Source of the DNA: Candidatus Woesebacteria bacterium
Lineage (GTDB): Bacteria; Patescibacteriota; Microgenomatia; UBA1400; UBA12028
DNA: 48,261 bases
Direction: 5' to 3'
Assembly: GCA_040006915.1 (NCBI GenBank)
Contig: JBDTWD010000007.1
Span: 1 to 48,261 of the forward strand
The position numbers were made by a program, and so were the translations under genes. This document shows, in pieces, positions 1-8,500 of the stretch (positions are counted from its first letter, which is position 1; each line of letters opens with the position of its first letter). The notes under the pieces are model-generated. The model searched no databases and was not told the origin of the DNA. It saw nothing but the letters and a program-made list of their open reading frames with translations.

Positions 1-79
1 TCGGAGCATTTTTATTTACTTCAGGAGTTCCCGCAGCTTTTTTGTCTTTTGAAAGTAATGTAAAAAGATTGAGTGCCAT
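1..79 (-). CDS. 5' end of an ORF that runs off the window (MALNLFTLLSKDKKAAGTPEVNKNAP...). By position it could be the ATPase part of a VirB4-like protein.
   Basis: ATG at 79-77 on the minus strand, 1 nt after the stop of the upstream gene (81-83). The frame stays open to the window edge. Only 26 codons are visible. Confidence 0.3.
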   Translation of the reverse strand, partial: MALNLFTLLSKDKKAAGTPEVNKNAP

Positions 80-80
80 A

Positions 81-1178
81 TTATGTGGTGCTTGATCCAC
101 TCGCAGGGGTTGCGGGTGGGATTGGTGGTGTCAAATCACTCCCAACTGATATTGTATCTTCTTTGAGTGCCGGATTGGCTTCAAATACTGTTTGAGTTGG
201 AGATGTAGGTGGAACTGGAGCCATAGGAACTTCCACTGGGGGAGGAGTTGGAGCTTCCATCGGTTTGGGTTCTGTCACCTGGGGAATGGGAGCATGAGCC
301 TCCATGGGTTTTATTTCTTGAGTCATCATTGGTGTTTGTGCCGGTGGGGTTGGAGGAAGTTGCATCTCTGGAATAGGTACGGGTTGTGGGAGTGGAGTTA
401 TGGTCGGTTCACTGGGTGCAACTGGAGCAGCTGATGGGTTTGCTGATGTAGCAGGAACTTGGGCATGGACCATCTCTTCAGGAGGTAAATCCGCGTTCAC
501 TACTGGAGAAGAATATTCTGCCGCTTCACCAACTCGAATTCCCTTTGCCCCGTCAGGATTGTAGATAGTATAGAACAATTGAATTAATTCTTGCGTTTTC
601 ACTTGTCGCAAAAACAAGCCAATACGGGCAAATTGATGCATTAAATGATCACGTCGGGGTTCTAAGTTCGTTAATGATTTTTCCAGAATAGCTGCTTTAT
701 CCAATGGGGCTGCGCTTTTTTTATTTTTGGCATTCATTCCCGGGAGCAGCGAGGATCCTGGCAATAGTCCAGCTTCTAGCGCAGTGTAGCTAATAATAAT
801 GTAGAACTTTTTTTCCAATACATTTCGCTCTTGAACTAGCTGTGCCACAAACTCGCGATATTCTTTAATGTTTTTTCTACTAATCGGATTAAAGGATTTC
901 ATCTCCGCGTGCTTTAACAAGTCCAAATAGGAAGTAACATCTTTTTTTTGCGAGCGAATAACGATTTCAATCGGGAATGAGAGGGAATTTAGCAGTGCCG
1001 CATAGGCATAAATAGCCGCATCTTGTTCTTCTTCGGAATACAAATCAAAGTTAATAGCGGTTGACTGCATCACCATCGAGATGGTGCCATCTTGCAAGAT
1101 GATGACATCGTTGGTTATATCAAATAGCTCAAGGTATTTTTGAGTTGTCGACTGGAGGGAGTTTGGTTGATTAATCAT
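81..1178 (-). CDS. T4SS-associated protein resembling the N-terminal domain of VirB4 (tentative), with a proline-rich C-terminal tail
   Basis: 365-aa ORF. The segment YLELFDITNDVIILQDGTISMVMQSTAINFDLYSEEEQDAAIYAYAALLNSLSFPIEIVIRSQKKD matches, from memory, the N-terminal pattern of Gram-positive VirB4-like ATPases (TcpF/PrgJ/Tn916 Orf16 type). No Walker motifs are present. The last ~150 aa are Pro/Thr/Ala low complexity. It overlaps the upstream gene by ATGA. Confidence 0.55.
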   Translation of the reverse strand: MINQPNSLQSTTQKYLELFDITNDVIILQDGTISMVMQSTAINFDLYSEEEQDAAIYAYAALLNSLSFPIEIVIRSQKKDVTSYLDLLKHAEMKSFNPISRKNIKEYREFVAQLVQERNVLEKKFYIIISYTALEAGLLPGSSLLPGMNAKNKKSAAPLDKAAILEKSLTNLEPRRDHLMHQFARIGLFLRQVKTQELIQLFYTIYNPDGAKGIRVGEAAEYSSPVVNADLPPEEMVHAQVPATSANPSAAPVAPSEPTITPLPQPVPIPEMQLPPTPPAQTPMMTQEIKPMEAHAPIPQVTEPKPMEAPTPPPVEVPMAPVPPTSPTQTVFEANPALKEDTISVGSDLTPPIPPATPASGSSTT

Positions 1179-2230
1179 TTTGCTTTCAGTAACACTGGCG
1201 CCACTACTTGATTATTCAGGACTAGAGAATAATTGTCAAAACTATAGCCATCCTTCTCGACACTAATCCGATAGGATGCTGTATCAAGTGGGGTGACCAC
1301 AGCAAACTGTCCCAATGTGTTAGTTTTCATCGCTCTCACTGGGGTGTGATCGGACTCTCGTAAGATCGTGATAATCGCATTCTCTATAATTTTATTGTCA
1401 CTGCTTACTACCATACCAGCGACCACATTTGGGGTTGTGGGTTTATTAGGGAACGGAAATCCACTTAATGTGGGAACTGGCTGTAAGCCAGTCATTGAGG
1501 TAGTGTCAGGTGCAGCGGAATACACTGTCTCAAGTTTCCCTGGAGTGATTGGAGTATTTGACTCAGCAGCTTTGAGAGGCAAATGTTCAGATGTAACCCC
1601 TTGTTTTTCTGCATATCCAATAGGAGTATTTTGATTGAAGACGGTTGTCTGTGCAGGTGGTGGTGGAGCTGGAACTGGCGCTGGTGATATAGGAGCAGGT
1701 GCAGTTGGGCTTGGGACAACATTCATCTCCAATATTCTTCCAGTTGGAGTAGGACTGGGCTCAGAGAATAATTTGAGCACATCTTCTGCGGCTTTAGTTT
1801 CTTCATCCGAAATGAGTTTCGGCTCGGATGTTGTAGTCTGGATAAATTCTTGCACACGAGATTTGCGAATTGGACCATAATCGACAGAGGGGGTTGTATC
1901 GACAGTGATTGGTTGTGTGTAGGTAAAGGCTCCGGGAACAGTGTTGGTTTTTTTCCAAAAAAACAAGGTTGGTTGATAGATGGATTTGATAAAAGCAAAA
2001 AACCAACGATCCAGTGGTCTGCCTTCCAAGGGAATGAAAGCAAGAGCTGCGCCCAGCAGTGCAGAAATAACCATCAAAGGATATTTAATAATGCCCGGCA
2101 GGTTGGTCATGTTAATTAAGACCGCTCCCAAAATTCCTCCCGCAACTTCCAAGAATTGCTTGAGCGTCATTTGCCCAATCAAGTGAAATTCGTAACCGGT
2201 GACGTTTTGCGGAACTGGATGTTCTTGCAT
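1175..2230 (-). CDS. PrgI-family (VirB3-like) membrane protein with a Pro-rich linker and a C-terminal beta-sandwich-like domain
   Basis: The N-terminus MQEHPVPQNVTGYEFHLIGQMTLKQFLEVAGGILGAVLI plus two TM helices fits the PrgI-family pattern. A PAPISPAPVPAPPPP linker follows. The C-terminus (VVSSDNKIIENAIITILRES...YRISVEKDGYSF) resembles carboxypeptidase-regulatory-like domains. Confidence 0.6.
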   Translation of the reverse strand: MQEHPVPQNVTGYEFHLIGQMTLKQFLEVAGGILGAVLINMTNLPGIIKYPLMVISALLGAALAFIPLEGRPLDRWFFAFIKSIYQPTLFFWKKTNTVPGAFTYTQPITVDTTPSVDYGPIRKSRVQEFIQTTTSEPKLISDEETKAAEDVLKLFSEPSPTPTGRILEMNVVPSPTAPAPISPAPVPAPPPPAQTTVFNQNTPIGYAEKQGVTSEHLPLKAAESNTPITPGKLETVYSAAPDTTSMTGLQPVPTLSGFPFPNKPTTPNVVAGMVVSSDNKIIENAIITILRESDHTPVRAMKTNTLGQFAVVTPLDTASYRISVEKDGYSFDNYSLVLNNQVVAPVLLKAK

Positions 2231-2260
2231 AAGAGTACTAGAGTATGATACCCGATTTCT

Positions 2261-3268
2261 CTAGTTATTTTCTACGGAAGTTTTTACCGCAGGAGTGATA
2301 AGGGTGAGTTGAATAGGAGCAGGAAGAGATGCAAGTTTTACCTCAGCATCAATATTGTAATAGGGGATGACGGTATTAGAGCTTGAGGAGAAGCGATACT
2401 CGACCGTTACTGAGGTGGCGATCAGTTGCTCGACATTTTTAAGATCAAATCCCGACGGATCATCGGTAGCGATTTTCAGGATAGAAAAGTTTCCAGCTTT
2501 TATTTCTCCAGAAACACTTTCGGCCTGCAAAGCTTGGACTTTACTGCTACTACCAACTGAAAAGAAGTATTCAGAAGCAGTAAAGCCTGTGACTTGGTCA
2601 CCACTATCAACAAACACTACAACTGGCGGTTGAGAATCACTGTCACTGTAAAAAGTGAAGCCATTTTTTTCATAGGTGAAAGGAATTAACGCCAAGTTTC
2701 CGGTTTCAGCGGTCGCTTCTTCTGGATGACTATCCGTTTTAGTAAAGAATTCCATGTCGTCTTTTTTTGCCAACAAGCCAGTCGCTCCCAATGTTTGTTT
2801 TACGAAAGTGTTTGCAATGCTAATCGCAGTGTCAGTTTGGAGTTTTTGGACTGTGGCTGCATCAAAATCGCCTGAAACTAGAGTGTTGGAATAATTAAAT
2901 CGTTTGGAGTATGGATCGAAGACTAACGCTTTACGTTTGGTTGTATCCTGCCAAGTGTTTTTAAAACTGGTAGCTTGTAAACCCAGCTTTGGCCCTAGTG
3001 CTTCAAGTGTCAGATGTACTGGTGTGGCTTGGAATACGTCATAGGTAGAAACAACCGGAATTTTAGACAAGTCGATAGAGACTTGTGCATCTTGAAGTGA
3101 CGTTTGCCTAAGTGTGGGGATTGTAGGAACAGGAATGGATGAAAGCGTTTGTTGAGCTGGAGTAAAAACCCGGAGAAAAAAAGCGATGATCGCCAGAAGA
3201 ATAAGTCCTGCAATCAGTAAGCGCAGAGGTTTTTCTTTAAAGTATGTGATAGGTCTGATTCGTGTCAT
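2261..3268 (-). CDS. N-terminally membrane-anchored extracytoplasmic protein. It sits where a VirB8/TcpC-like component would, but function is unknown.
   Basis: I trimmed the track ORF 2261..3397 to ATG 3268 (MTRIRPITYFKEKPLRLLIAGLILLAIIAFFL). The longer version overlaps the upstream gene. It has a single TM helix followed by ~290 aa of soluble sequence. Confidence 0.55.
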   Translation of the reverse strand: MTRIRPITYFKEKPLRLLIAGLILLAIIAFFLRVFTPAQQTLSSIPVPTIPTLRQTSLQDAQVSIDLSKIPVVSTYDVFQATPVHLTLEALGPKLGLQATSFKNTWQDTTKRKALVFDPYSKRFNYSNTLVSGDFDAATVQKLQTDTAISIANTFVKQTLGATGLLAKKDDMEFFTKTDSHPEEATAETGNLALIPFTYEKNGFTFYSDSDSQPPVVVFVDSGDQVTGFTASEYFFSVGSSSKVQALQAESVSGEIKAGNFSILKIATDDPSGFDLKNVEQLIATSVTVEYRFSSSSNTVIPYYNIDAEVKLASLPAPIQLTLITPAVKTSVENN

Positions 3269-3275
3269 AGATCTA

Positions 3276-6200
3276 TTATTGTCCAGCCGACTGTAAAAAG
3301 GTATTGATCTTTCCACAATGATCTGGATACTGAGTGTACGAGGCTTGTGGATCGTCGCGATATCCCGGTCCTGATTTTGTTGCGTTACACAAACCAAAGG
3401 CTTCAGCGAAATCTTCTGTCTTGGTTTTGGTCAGTGGATATGTAGAAATATAGCCTTCAGATTGTGATCCGTAATCGGGGAAAATAGTGCTCCAGTTGCT
3501 GTATTTCTGCTGCAAAATATGGCCTGGTTCATGCCACATCGTCGATCGTCCAAATCGAGTTGGGTTTGAGAACATCAAATCACATACTGCAATTTCGGTA
3601 GCAGAGATAACTTCTGCTCCACCTTGACCAGGAGTTTTGATTGCACATCCTTCTGTAGTGCTGGATGGATCTGGGTCATAGCGAACAATCTTGATCGTTT
3701 GGCCATTTTTACACATAGCTTGTTGAATAAGACTATTGTCCATCATTGCCGTCATCTCTGTCTTGTACTGTGCAAGCTCTGAATCACTCCACGCTTTGGC
3801 ACCATCAACAATCTGCAGACAGGCAATAGTGGCGCGAACTTTCCCTTGAATTGGAGTAGAAATACCGGTTGAACACTGTCCAATCTCGACGTGTTGGTTA
3901 CCCGTGACGATCCATGGACTACTGTAGTTAATGGAGGCGGGAGCACCTGGCAAGATTCCTTCTAACTTACTCGAAACTCCTTTGGAAGCAGATGGACGAT
4001 ATTCATAGTGGAGATGTTGATTGCCGACAACATTGAATTTTGGGTCACAGCTGGTAAAACCCATATGTCCGATTTTGGTACCGGGCTGAATTTGATACGT
4101 TTGTCCTCCTTGGAAAGGAGCTTCAAATTCAGTCATATGACCGTAGAGTAACTGAAATCCTTGATTGGTATTTACAATGGCATGGTTTCCATACACGCAG
4201 CCACCACCACCAGTCATATCTTGAGTATAAAAGGTAACACTGCCACCAAAGGGAGACACGATATCCGAGTTGAGATCTCCATGAATATCAATCGCATCGA
4301 CATTTGAATGACTATACGGTCCCCATGGACCTTGAATGATTGTTCCAGTTGCGGGCCAGCAGGCAAGTACTGGAGGATTTCCAAACACAACTCCTTCTGT
4401 AACTGTAAAGCTATCATTAACAGTTTCTCCACCTTTGATGGCTGTATATGAGACTTTTAAGGTGTTGGTAACGAGGGTGTCATCAAATAATATCACTTCT
4501 CCAGGGCCAGTAAAGCTAATGGTGTACTCGGTTTTTTTCTCTTGATCTGAATTCACAGTACCTTTCAATGTATCAAGTTTGGATTGGTCGGCATTTTTTT
4601 GTGGAGCCTGAGGGGCTCCTTCTTTTCTAGTATAGGTAATGGCATCTGTAACGTCATTAATGTTAACGGTGTATCCATCTTTTGGTTTTATTGTAATAGT
4701 GTAGAGTACATTGACTGGATCTTCAGATACGTCTGGAGTAGCAACTTTGGTAATTGAAAAATACTTGGGTCCTTGTGGGATAACATCTCCAGAAGAAAGA
4801 AAAGCTCCAGGAACAATCATCCCTCCGACTGTTAATGCGACGACAGCCATACCTCCGAAGAGAGTTGGCACGATGACAGCGACCGGAACTGAAAGTGGAG
4901 CGGACGAAAAGGCTCCCAAGGCTGCTGAGGCATTGGTAATTCCGATTCCAGCTGCTTTTGCCGTGCCGGAAGCGATTGAGTTGACGAGAATATTAGAGTT
5001 TACCCCAATTCCAGAGGCCATACCTTGCCCAGCAGAAGCTCCAAAAGTACTAAAGTTTATTCCAGCCGGAGCAGTAGGAAGCCCTCCTCCAAGACTAGCT
5101 TGTACAGCGTTATTGGTAAGAAAACCAATACCTCCTCCGATCACACCACCCACCAAAGCTCCAACCGGACCTCCAATCAAGAAACCAATTCCGGCTCCAG
5201 CTGTTACTGCCCCTCCGATAATGAGTGGAGCAGAATGACCTATAATTCCGGCAATAAATGCCGCTGTTCCTCCAATTCCGATACCGGCTGCTATTGTTGC
5301 GGGACTGCGTACCAGTCTGACAATACTGTTGGCTTTCGCGATATCATTTTTTTTCCTACCCGGGATCAGTCCTTGCAATCTTCCCCAAGCTCCGCGAGGG
5401 GCAGGATCTCTTAAAGCTGATTCTTGTTGCAGTTCTCCGCCGCCAGCTGTGATGGTAATAATTTGTCCATCGTCGGCGAAAGGGACTTCATCGGTTACGC
5501 GTGAAACAATTCTAGTTTCTTGGGGATTGGAACCAAATTGCTGGACGACATAGGTTCCTTCTGGGTAACCGTCAGTCAATTTGTTTTGAATTTCTTCGGT
5601 CCAAGCGTTCGCTCGGTTCATTCGCATTTCAGCTTTAAATGCAGCAAAGTCTCCGGCAAGCCCTTGTTCTACTGATCGCATCAATTTGTCCGCCTCACCT
5701 GGGGTAAGCTCTCTGCCGGCCATTTTTATTATGTCTCTTCGGTGCTGCTCGAGCATTTCTGAGAGAGATTTTTTGTTGGTCGTGTAAATATACGGCCACA
5801 TCTCATTGATAATCTTGGCTGCACTTTCTTTGGCGCTTGGGGCTCCGGTGTTTTCAGCTTGCGGAGAAGTATTAGGATTTACTGCTCCGTGAAATGTAGC
5901 CAGAATTTGAGCTTTGTGTTTTTCCTCTTGTTTTTTGACTCGCTCGACCTCAGCTCGTACCTGTGTTTTGGTACCAAATAAGGTCATGATCGCTTGTTCC
6001 GGAGTCATTCCATCAAAGCTTTTCCCTTCTTGAATGATTCGAAGCAGGGAACTGAGGGTTTCAGTGCTTTGCGGTCCATCAAAGAAAATGTTCTTTCCCG
6101 TCAAAGCTTTGATTTGTCTCTGATAGTCAATTTTCTTTTGTGAGAAAAGTGATTGGAGCTCTCGTCTCGCATCCTCTGAGGCCAAAATTTCTTTTCCAAT

Positions 6201-7304
6201 ATCACCATACCTCGCGGCTATTTCTTCAATGACGCTCGCGGTTAATTTCTCGTCTGGACCAGTTTGCGAATTAACTTCGAGGGAGAGAGCAGCAAACAAT
6301 GCCGCTCCTTCAATTTGTTTTTGGATAAAAGCTCGCTGTCCTGAGTTTTGCGAGAGCATCTCGCGTAACGTTTGCGTTTGTTCGATCGTAATCGGTTTGG
6401 CAGCACCCCATTTTTCTTCCGAATATGTTTTATAGACACCCATCAGATCTTTTAAAAGCTCAGCGTTGGTACTCGAATCAATTCCTAGGGCCGCCAGTTT
6501 GCTTTGCAGTTCATCTGAATCAACCGGTCTGTCGTAGGAATAGATTAAAAGTGATCCGGCTTTGCGTAAGTCCTCAACTTGGCCTGAGACACGATCACGA
6601 GCCTCTGCTACTTGGTTGGCAGTTACTGAGTCTTCACTTGATCCTGGAGCGGATTGAACGGGCGTGTCGGCTTGACCTGCTAATACATGGCTTGTTCCTT
6701 CATATGAATCGTCGTCATCATTTTTTTCAGAAGCTGGACGTTCTTTTTCAAGAGCTTGTGCTGCATTTGGATCAATCTTTTTCACTTTCTCCATTATGTT
6801 TGCCGTGGTATCCATTACCATTTTGGCGGCAATTGCGGTGAATAAAGGATATGCAGGCCACTCATCTTCTGTGTCTTTTCGCGCTTGGATGTTTTGCAAA
6901 ATATCAGAGATATACTGTAACTCACTGCCACGATCCATTAACCCTCGAGCAAATGCCACGGCTTTGTTAAAGCTATCCGCTATTGTTTTCAATTCAGTGG
7001 TTTGAATAATCTGGGCAACAGCTTGGAAAACCACTTCTTCATCAGTTTCGGGAACTAGTGGTGGATCTGAAGGACGCAGGTACTCTTCTTTCCAGATTTT
7101 AACTCCATTAACCCAACTTAATGGAGCTTCCGTGAGCTTGGTGCTTTTGTAAGCATTACTCAGCGCGACATTTCTATCGAAGTGTTTTAATACGAAAGCA
7201 TTGATTTCCTGCCAATATTGATTTAATTGCACGACTGCAGCACTCAGTTCATCAACGGAACTGTTTTGAGAAGAACGAGGAAGTGATGAGGCAGAATCAG
7301 CCAT
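3276..7304 (-). CDS. Large multidomain T4SS-associated cell-wall hydrolase: cytoplasmic N-domain, Gly-rich TM bundle, M23 (LytM) peptidase domain and an HExxH metalloprotease-like domain
   Basis: 1342-aa ORF with no signal peptide. Gly/Ala-rich TM helices lie at about residues 655-835 (nt ~4800-5340). M23 motifs are AIDIHGDLNSD...GNHAIV...GHMGFT...NQHLHYEYR (nt ~3990-4364). MWHEPGHILQ is encoded at nt 3519-3533. Confidence 0.8.
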   Translation of the reverse strand: MADSASSLPRSSQNSSVDELSAAVVQLNQYWQEINAFVLKHFDRNVALSNAYKSTKLTEAPLSWVNGVKIWKEEYLRPSDPPLVPETDEEVVFQAVAQIIQTTELKTIADSFNKAVAFARGLMDRGSELQYISDILQNIQARKDTEDEWPAYPLFTAIAAKMVMDTTANIMEKVKKIDPNAAQALEKERPASEKNDDDDSYEGTSHVLAGQADTPVQSAPGSSEDSVTANQVAEARDRVSGQVEDLRKAGSLLIYSYDRPVDSDELQSKLAALGIDSSTNAELLKDLMGVYKTYSEEKWGAAKPITIEQTQTLREMLSQNSGQRAFIQKQIEGAALFAALSLEVNSQTGPDEKLTASVIEEIAARYGDIGKEILASEDARRELQSLFSQKKIDYQRQIKALTGKNIFFDGPQSTETLSSLLRIIQEGKSFDGMTPEQAIMTLFGTKTQVRAEVERVKKQEEKHKAQILATFHGAVNPNTSPQAENTGAPSAKESAAKIINEMWPYIYTTNKKSLSEMLEQHRRDIIKMAGRELTPGEADKLMRSVEQGLAGDFAAFKAEMRMNRANAWTEEIQNKLTDGYPEGTYVVQQFGSNPQETRIVSRVTDEVPFADDGQIITITAGGGELQQESALRDPAPRGAWGRLQGLIPGRKKNDIAKANSIVRLVRSPATIAAGIGIGGTAAFIAGIIGHSAPLIIGGAVTAGAGIGFLIGGPVGALVGGVIGGGIGFLTNNAVQASLGGGLPTAPAGINFSTFGASAGQGMASGIGVNSNILVNSIASGTAKAAGIGITNASAALGAFSSAPLSVPVAVIVPTLFGGMAVVALTVGGMIVPGAFLSSGDVIPQGPKYFSITKVATPDVSEDPVNVLYTITIKPKDGYTVNINDVTDAITYTRKEGAPQAPQKNADQSKLDTLKGTVNSDQEKKTEYTISFTGPGEVILFDDTLVTNTLKVSYTAIKGGETVNDSFTVTEGVVFGNPPVLACWPATGTIIQGPWGPYSHSNVDAIDIHGDLNSDIVSPFGGSVTFYTQDMTGGGGCVYGNHAIVNTNQGFQLLYGHMTEFEAPFQGGQTYQIQPGTKIGHMGFTSCDPKFNVVGNQHLHYEYRPSASKGVSSKLEGILPGAPASINYSSPWIVTGNQHVEIGQCSTGISTPIQGKVRATIACLQIVDGAKAWSDSELAQYKTEMTAMMDNSLIQQAMCKNGQTIKIVRYDPDPSSTTEGCAIKTPGQGGAEVISATEIAVCDLMFSNPTRFGRSTMWHEPGHILQQKYSNWSTIFPDYGSQSEGYISTYPLTKTKTEDFAEAFGLCNATKSGPGYRDDPQASYTQYPDHCGKINTFLQSAGQ

Positions 7305-7317
7305 GCCTTCGATTATA
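7305..7317 (-). promoter_or_regulatory. -10 box TATAAT, 7 nt upstream of the ATG of the 1342-aa hydrolase gene
   Basis: Minus strand reads GGGTATAAT-CGAAGGC-ATG. Confidence 0.45.
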
Positions 7318-7320
7318 CCC

Positions 7321-7545
7321 TTAGTTGAAGTCTTCTTGCACGATGGTTGTGGAGTTTAGATCTGCATTTAAATCAGTCAGCCCATCATCTTTTGCCATTG
7401 GTGACGCTTGAATTTGATCCGCTGACTGCGTGGTTTCCGGAGCAGGAGATTGAACACCGTTGTTAGTCTGACCGGTTGTTGAGATATTGGTTTTACATCC
7501 AGCCAAGAATATGCCAGCGAGAGCGATGAAAAGAATTTTTTTCAT
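7321..7545 (-). CDS. small lipoprotein
   Basis: MKKILFIALAGIFLAGCKT carries the lipobox LAGC. An AAGGAG Shine-Dalgarno lies 7 nt upstream. Confidence 0.7.
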   Translation of the reverse strand: MKKILFIALAGIFLAGCKTNISTTGQTNNGVQSPAPETTQSADQIQASPMAKDDGLTDLNADLNSTTIVQEDFN

Positions 7546-7557
7546 AAGTATCTCCTT

Positions 7558-8118
7558 TTAATTTGTAGCCAGTGCTTTGAGTGCGTCTGCTAACAATTGA
7601 TGCACGTGAGCAAATTCGCTGCGCGCTTTTTGTGCGGCATCGATAGCTGTCTTCACTTCTGGCTTTTGTACATCCCAGGTGCTCACTGTGATCGCAGCAA
7701 ACAAATCCACCGCTTTTTGTCCATCACTGATCGCGACAGTCAATTGAGTTTTTGCTTGATCTAAAGCAGTTTGGGCGCTGGTGACATTTTTCCCTTCCGT
7801 TTTTTCTTTATCGATTCGCGTTTGAATTCTGTCGGCAATGTTGCCAAGACGTTCAGTGTACCAGTTGAAGTGGGTTTCTAGTCTTTTAGCGTGCATCTTG
7901 GCACGCTCAGAACGAAATGTTTGTCGGGATGCGGAAATAGACGCGCGCAGTTCTTTGCGCTCATTTTGATTACCGGTACGTATATCTTTTCTCGCATCCT
8001 TGATTTCTTGAGTGCGGATTTGAACAGGACGAGGAGAGGTGTCTGTAGCCAGGACAATTCCAGTGCTGACCGTAAATACAGCGAATGCGGATACAACTGC
8101 AAGAAAAGTGTTTTTCAT
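7558..8118 (-). CDS. secreted alpha-helical protein, unknown function
   Basis: Trimmed to ATG 8118 (MKNTFLAVVSAFAVFTVSTGIVLA signal peptide). GGAGG lies 8 nt upstream. The sequence is rich in R/K/E/Q and looks helical. Confidence 0.6.
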   Translation of the reverse strand: MKNTFLAVVSAFAVFTVSTGIVLATDTSPRPVQIRTQEIKDARKDIRTGNQNERKELRASISASRQTFRSERAKMHAKRLETHFNWYTERLGNIADRIQTRIDKEKTEGKNVTSAQTALDQAKTQLTVAISDGQKAVDLFAAITVSTWDVQKPEVKTAIDAAQKARSEFAHVHQLLADALKALATN

Positions 8119-8167
8119 ACGAGAGCCTCCGTAAGTAACTATACCACACATGATACAATCAACCCGT

Positions 8168-8500
8168 ATGAAGCCACCTATTACCTACGACGATTTTGAC
8201 AAAATAGATGTTCGTATTGGAACAATTGAAAGCGCTACAGCTCCCGAGTGGAGTAGTAAGCTCCTGCGTTTTGAAGTGGATTTTGGTGAAGAGATTGGCA
8301 AACGCGTGATTTTCTCCGGCATCAAACAATGGTATAGTCCCGATACGTTTGTGGGGAAACAATTTCCTTTTTTGGTCAATCTTGCTCCCAAGAAGATGGG
8401 ACCAGAAGAAAGCCAAGGCATGATGCTGATGTCTGATGGAGAAAAACCCACCCTATTTCATTTAGATGACAGTGTACAAACAGGAGCGATTGTTCGATAA
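8168..8500 (+). CDS. tRNA-binding domain protein (CsaA/EMAP-II-like OB fold)
   Basis: MKPPITYDDFDKIDVRIGTIESA...GKRVIFSGIKQWYSPDTFVGKQFPFLVNLAPKKMG...SQGMMLM is the typical tRNA_bind pattern. I prefer the 8168 start because TGATACAAT lies 8 nt upstream. Confidence 0.8.
   Translation: MKPPITYDDFDKIDVRIGTIESATAPEWSSKLLRFEVDFGEEIGKRVIFSGIKQWYSPDTFVGKQFPFLVNLAPKKMGPEESQGMMLMSDGEKPTLFHLDDSVQTGAIVR

Noticed and set aside
192-434. An 80-aa Trp/Gly/Arg/Ser-rich plus-strand ORF
   Set aside because: It is the antisense shadow of the proline-rich tail of the 81..1178 gene, with CCN codons read as GGN/TGG.
2261-3397. The long version of the anchored-protein ORF (378 aa)
   Set aside because: The first 43 codons overlap the 3' end of the upstream 1342-aa gene and are not hydrophobic. 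ATG 3268 gives a typical N-terminal anchor and lies 7 nt after the upstream stop.
4711-5414. Plus-strand ORFs of 175 and 129 aa, Pro/Ser/Thr-rich, inside the 3276..7304 gene
   Set aside because: They are antisense read-throughs of the Gly/Ala-rich TM-coding region (GGN/GCN codons read as Pro/Ala/Ser on the other strand). They have no start context and lie entirely within a much longer, motif-bearing ORF.
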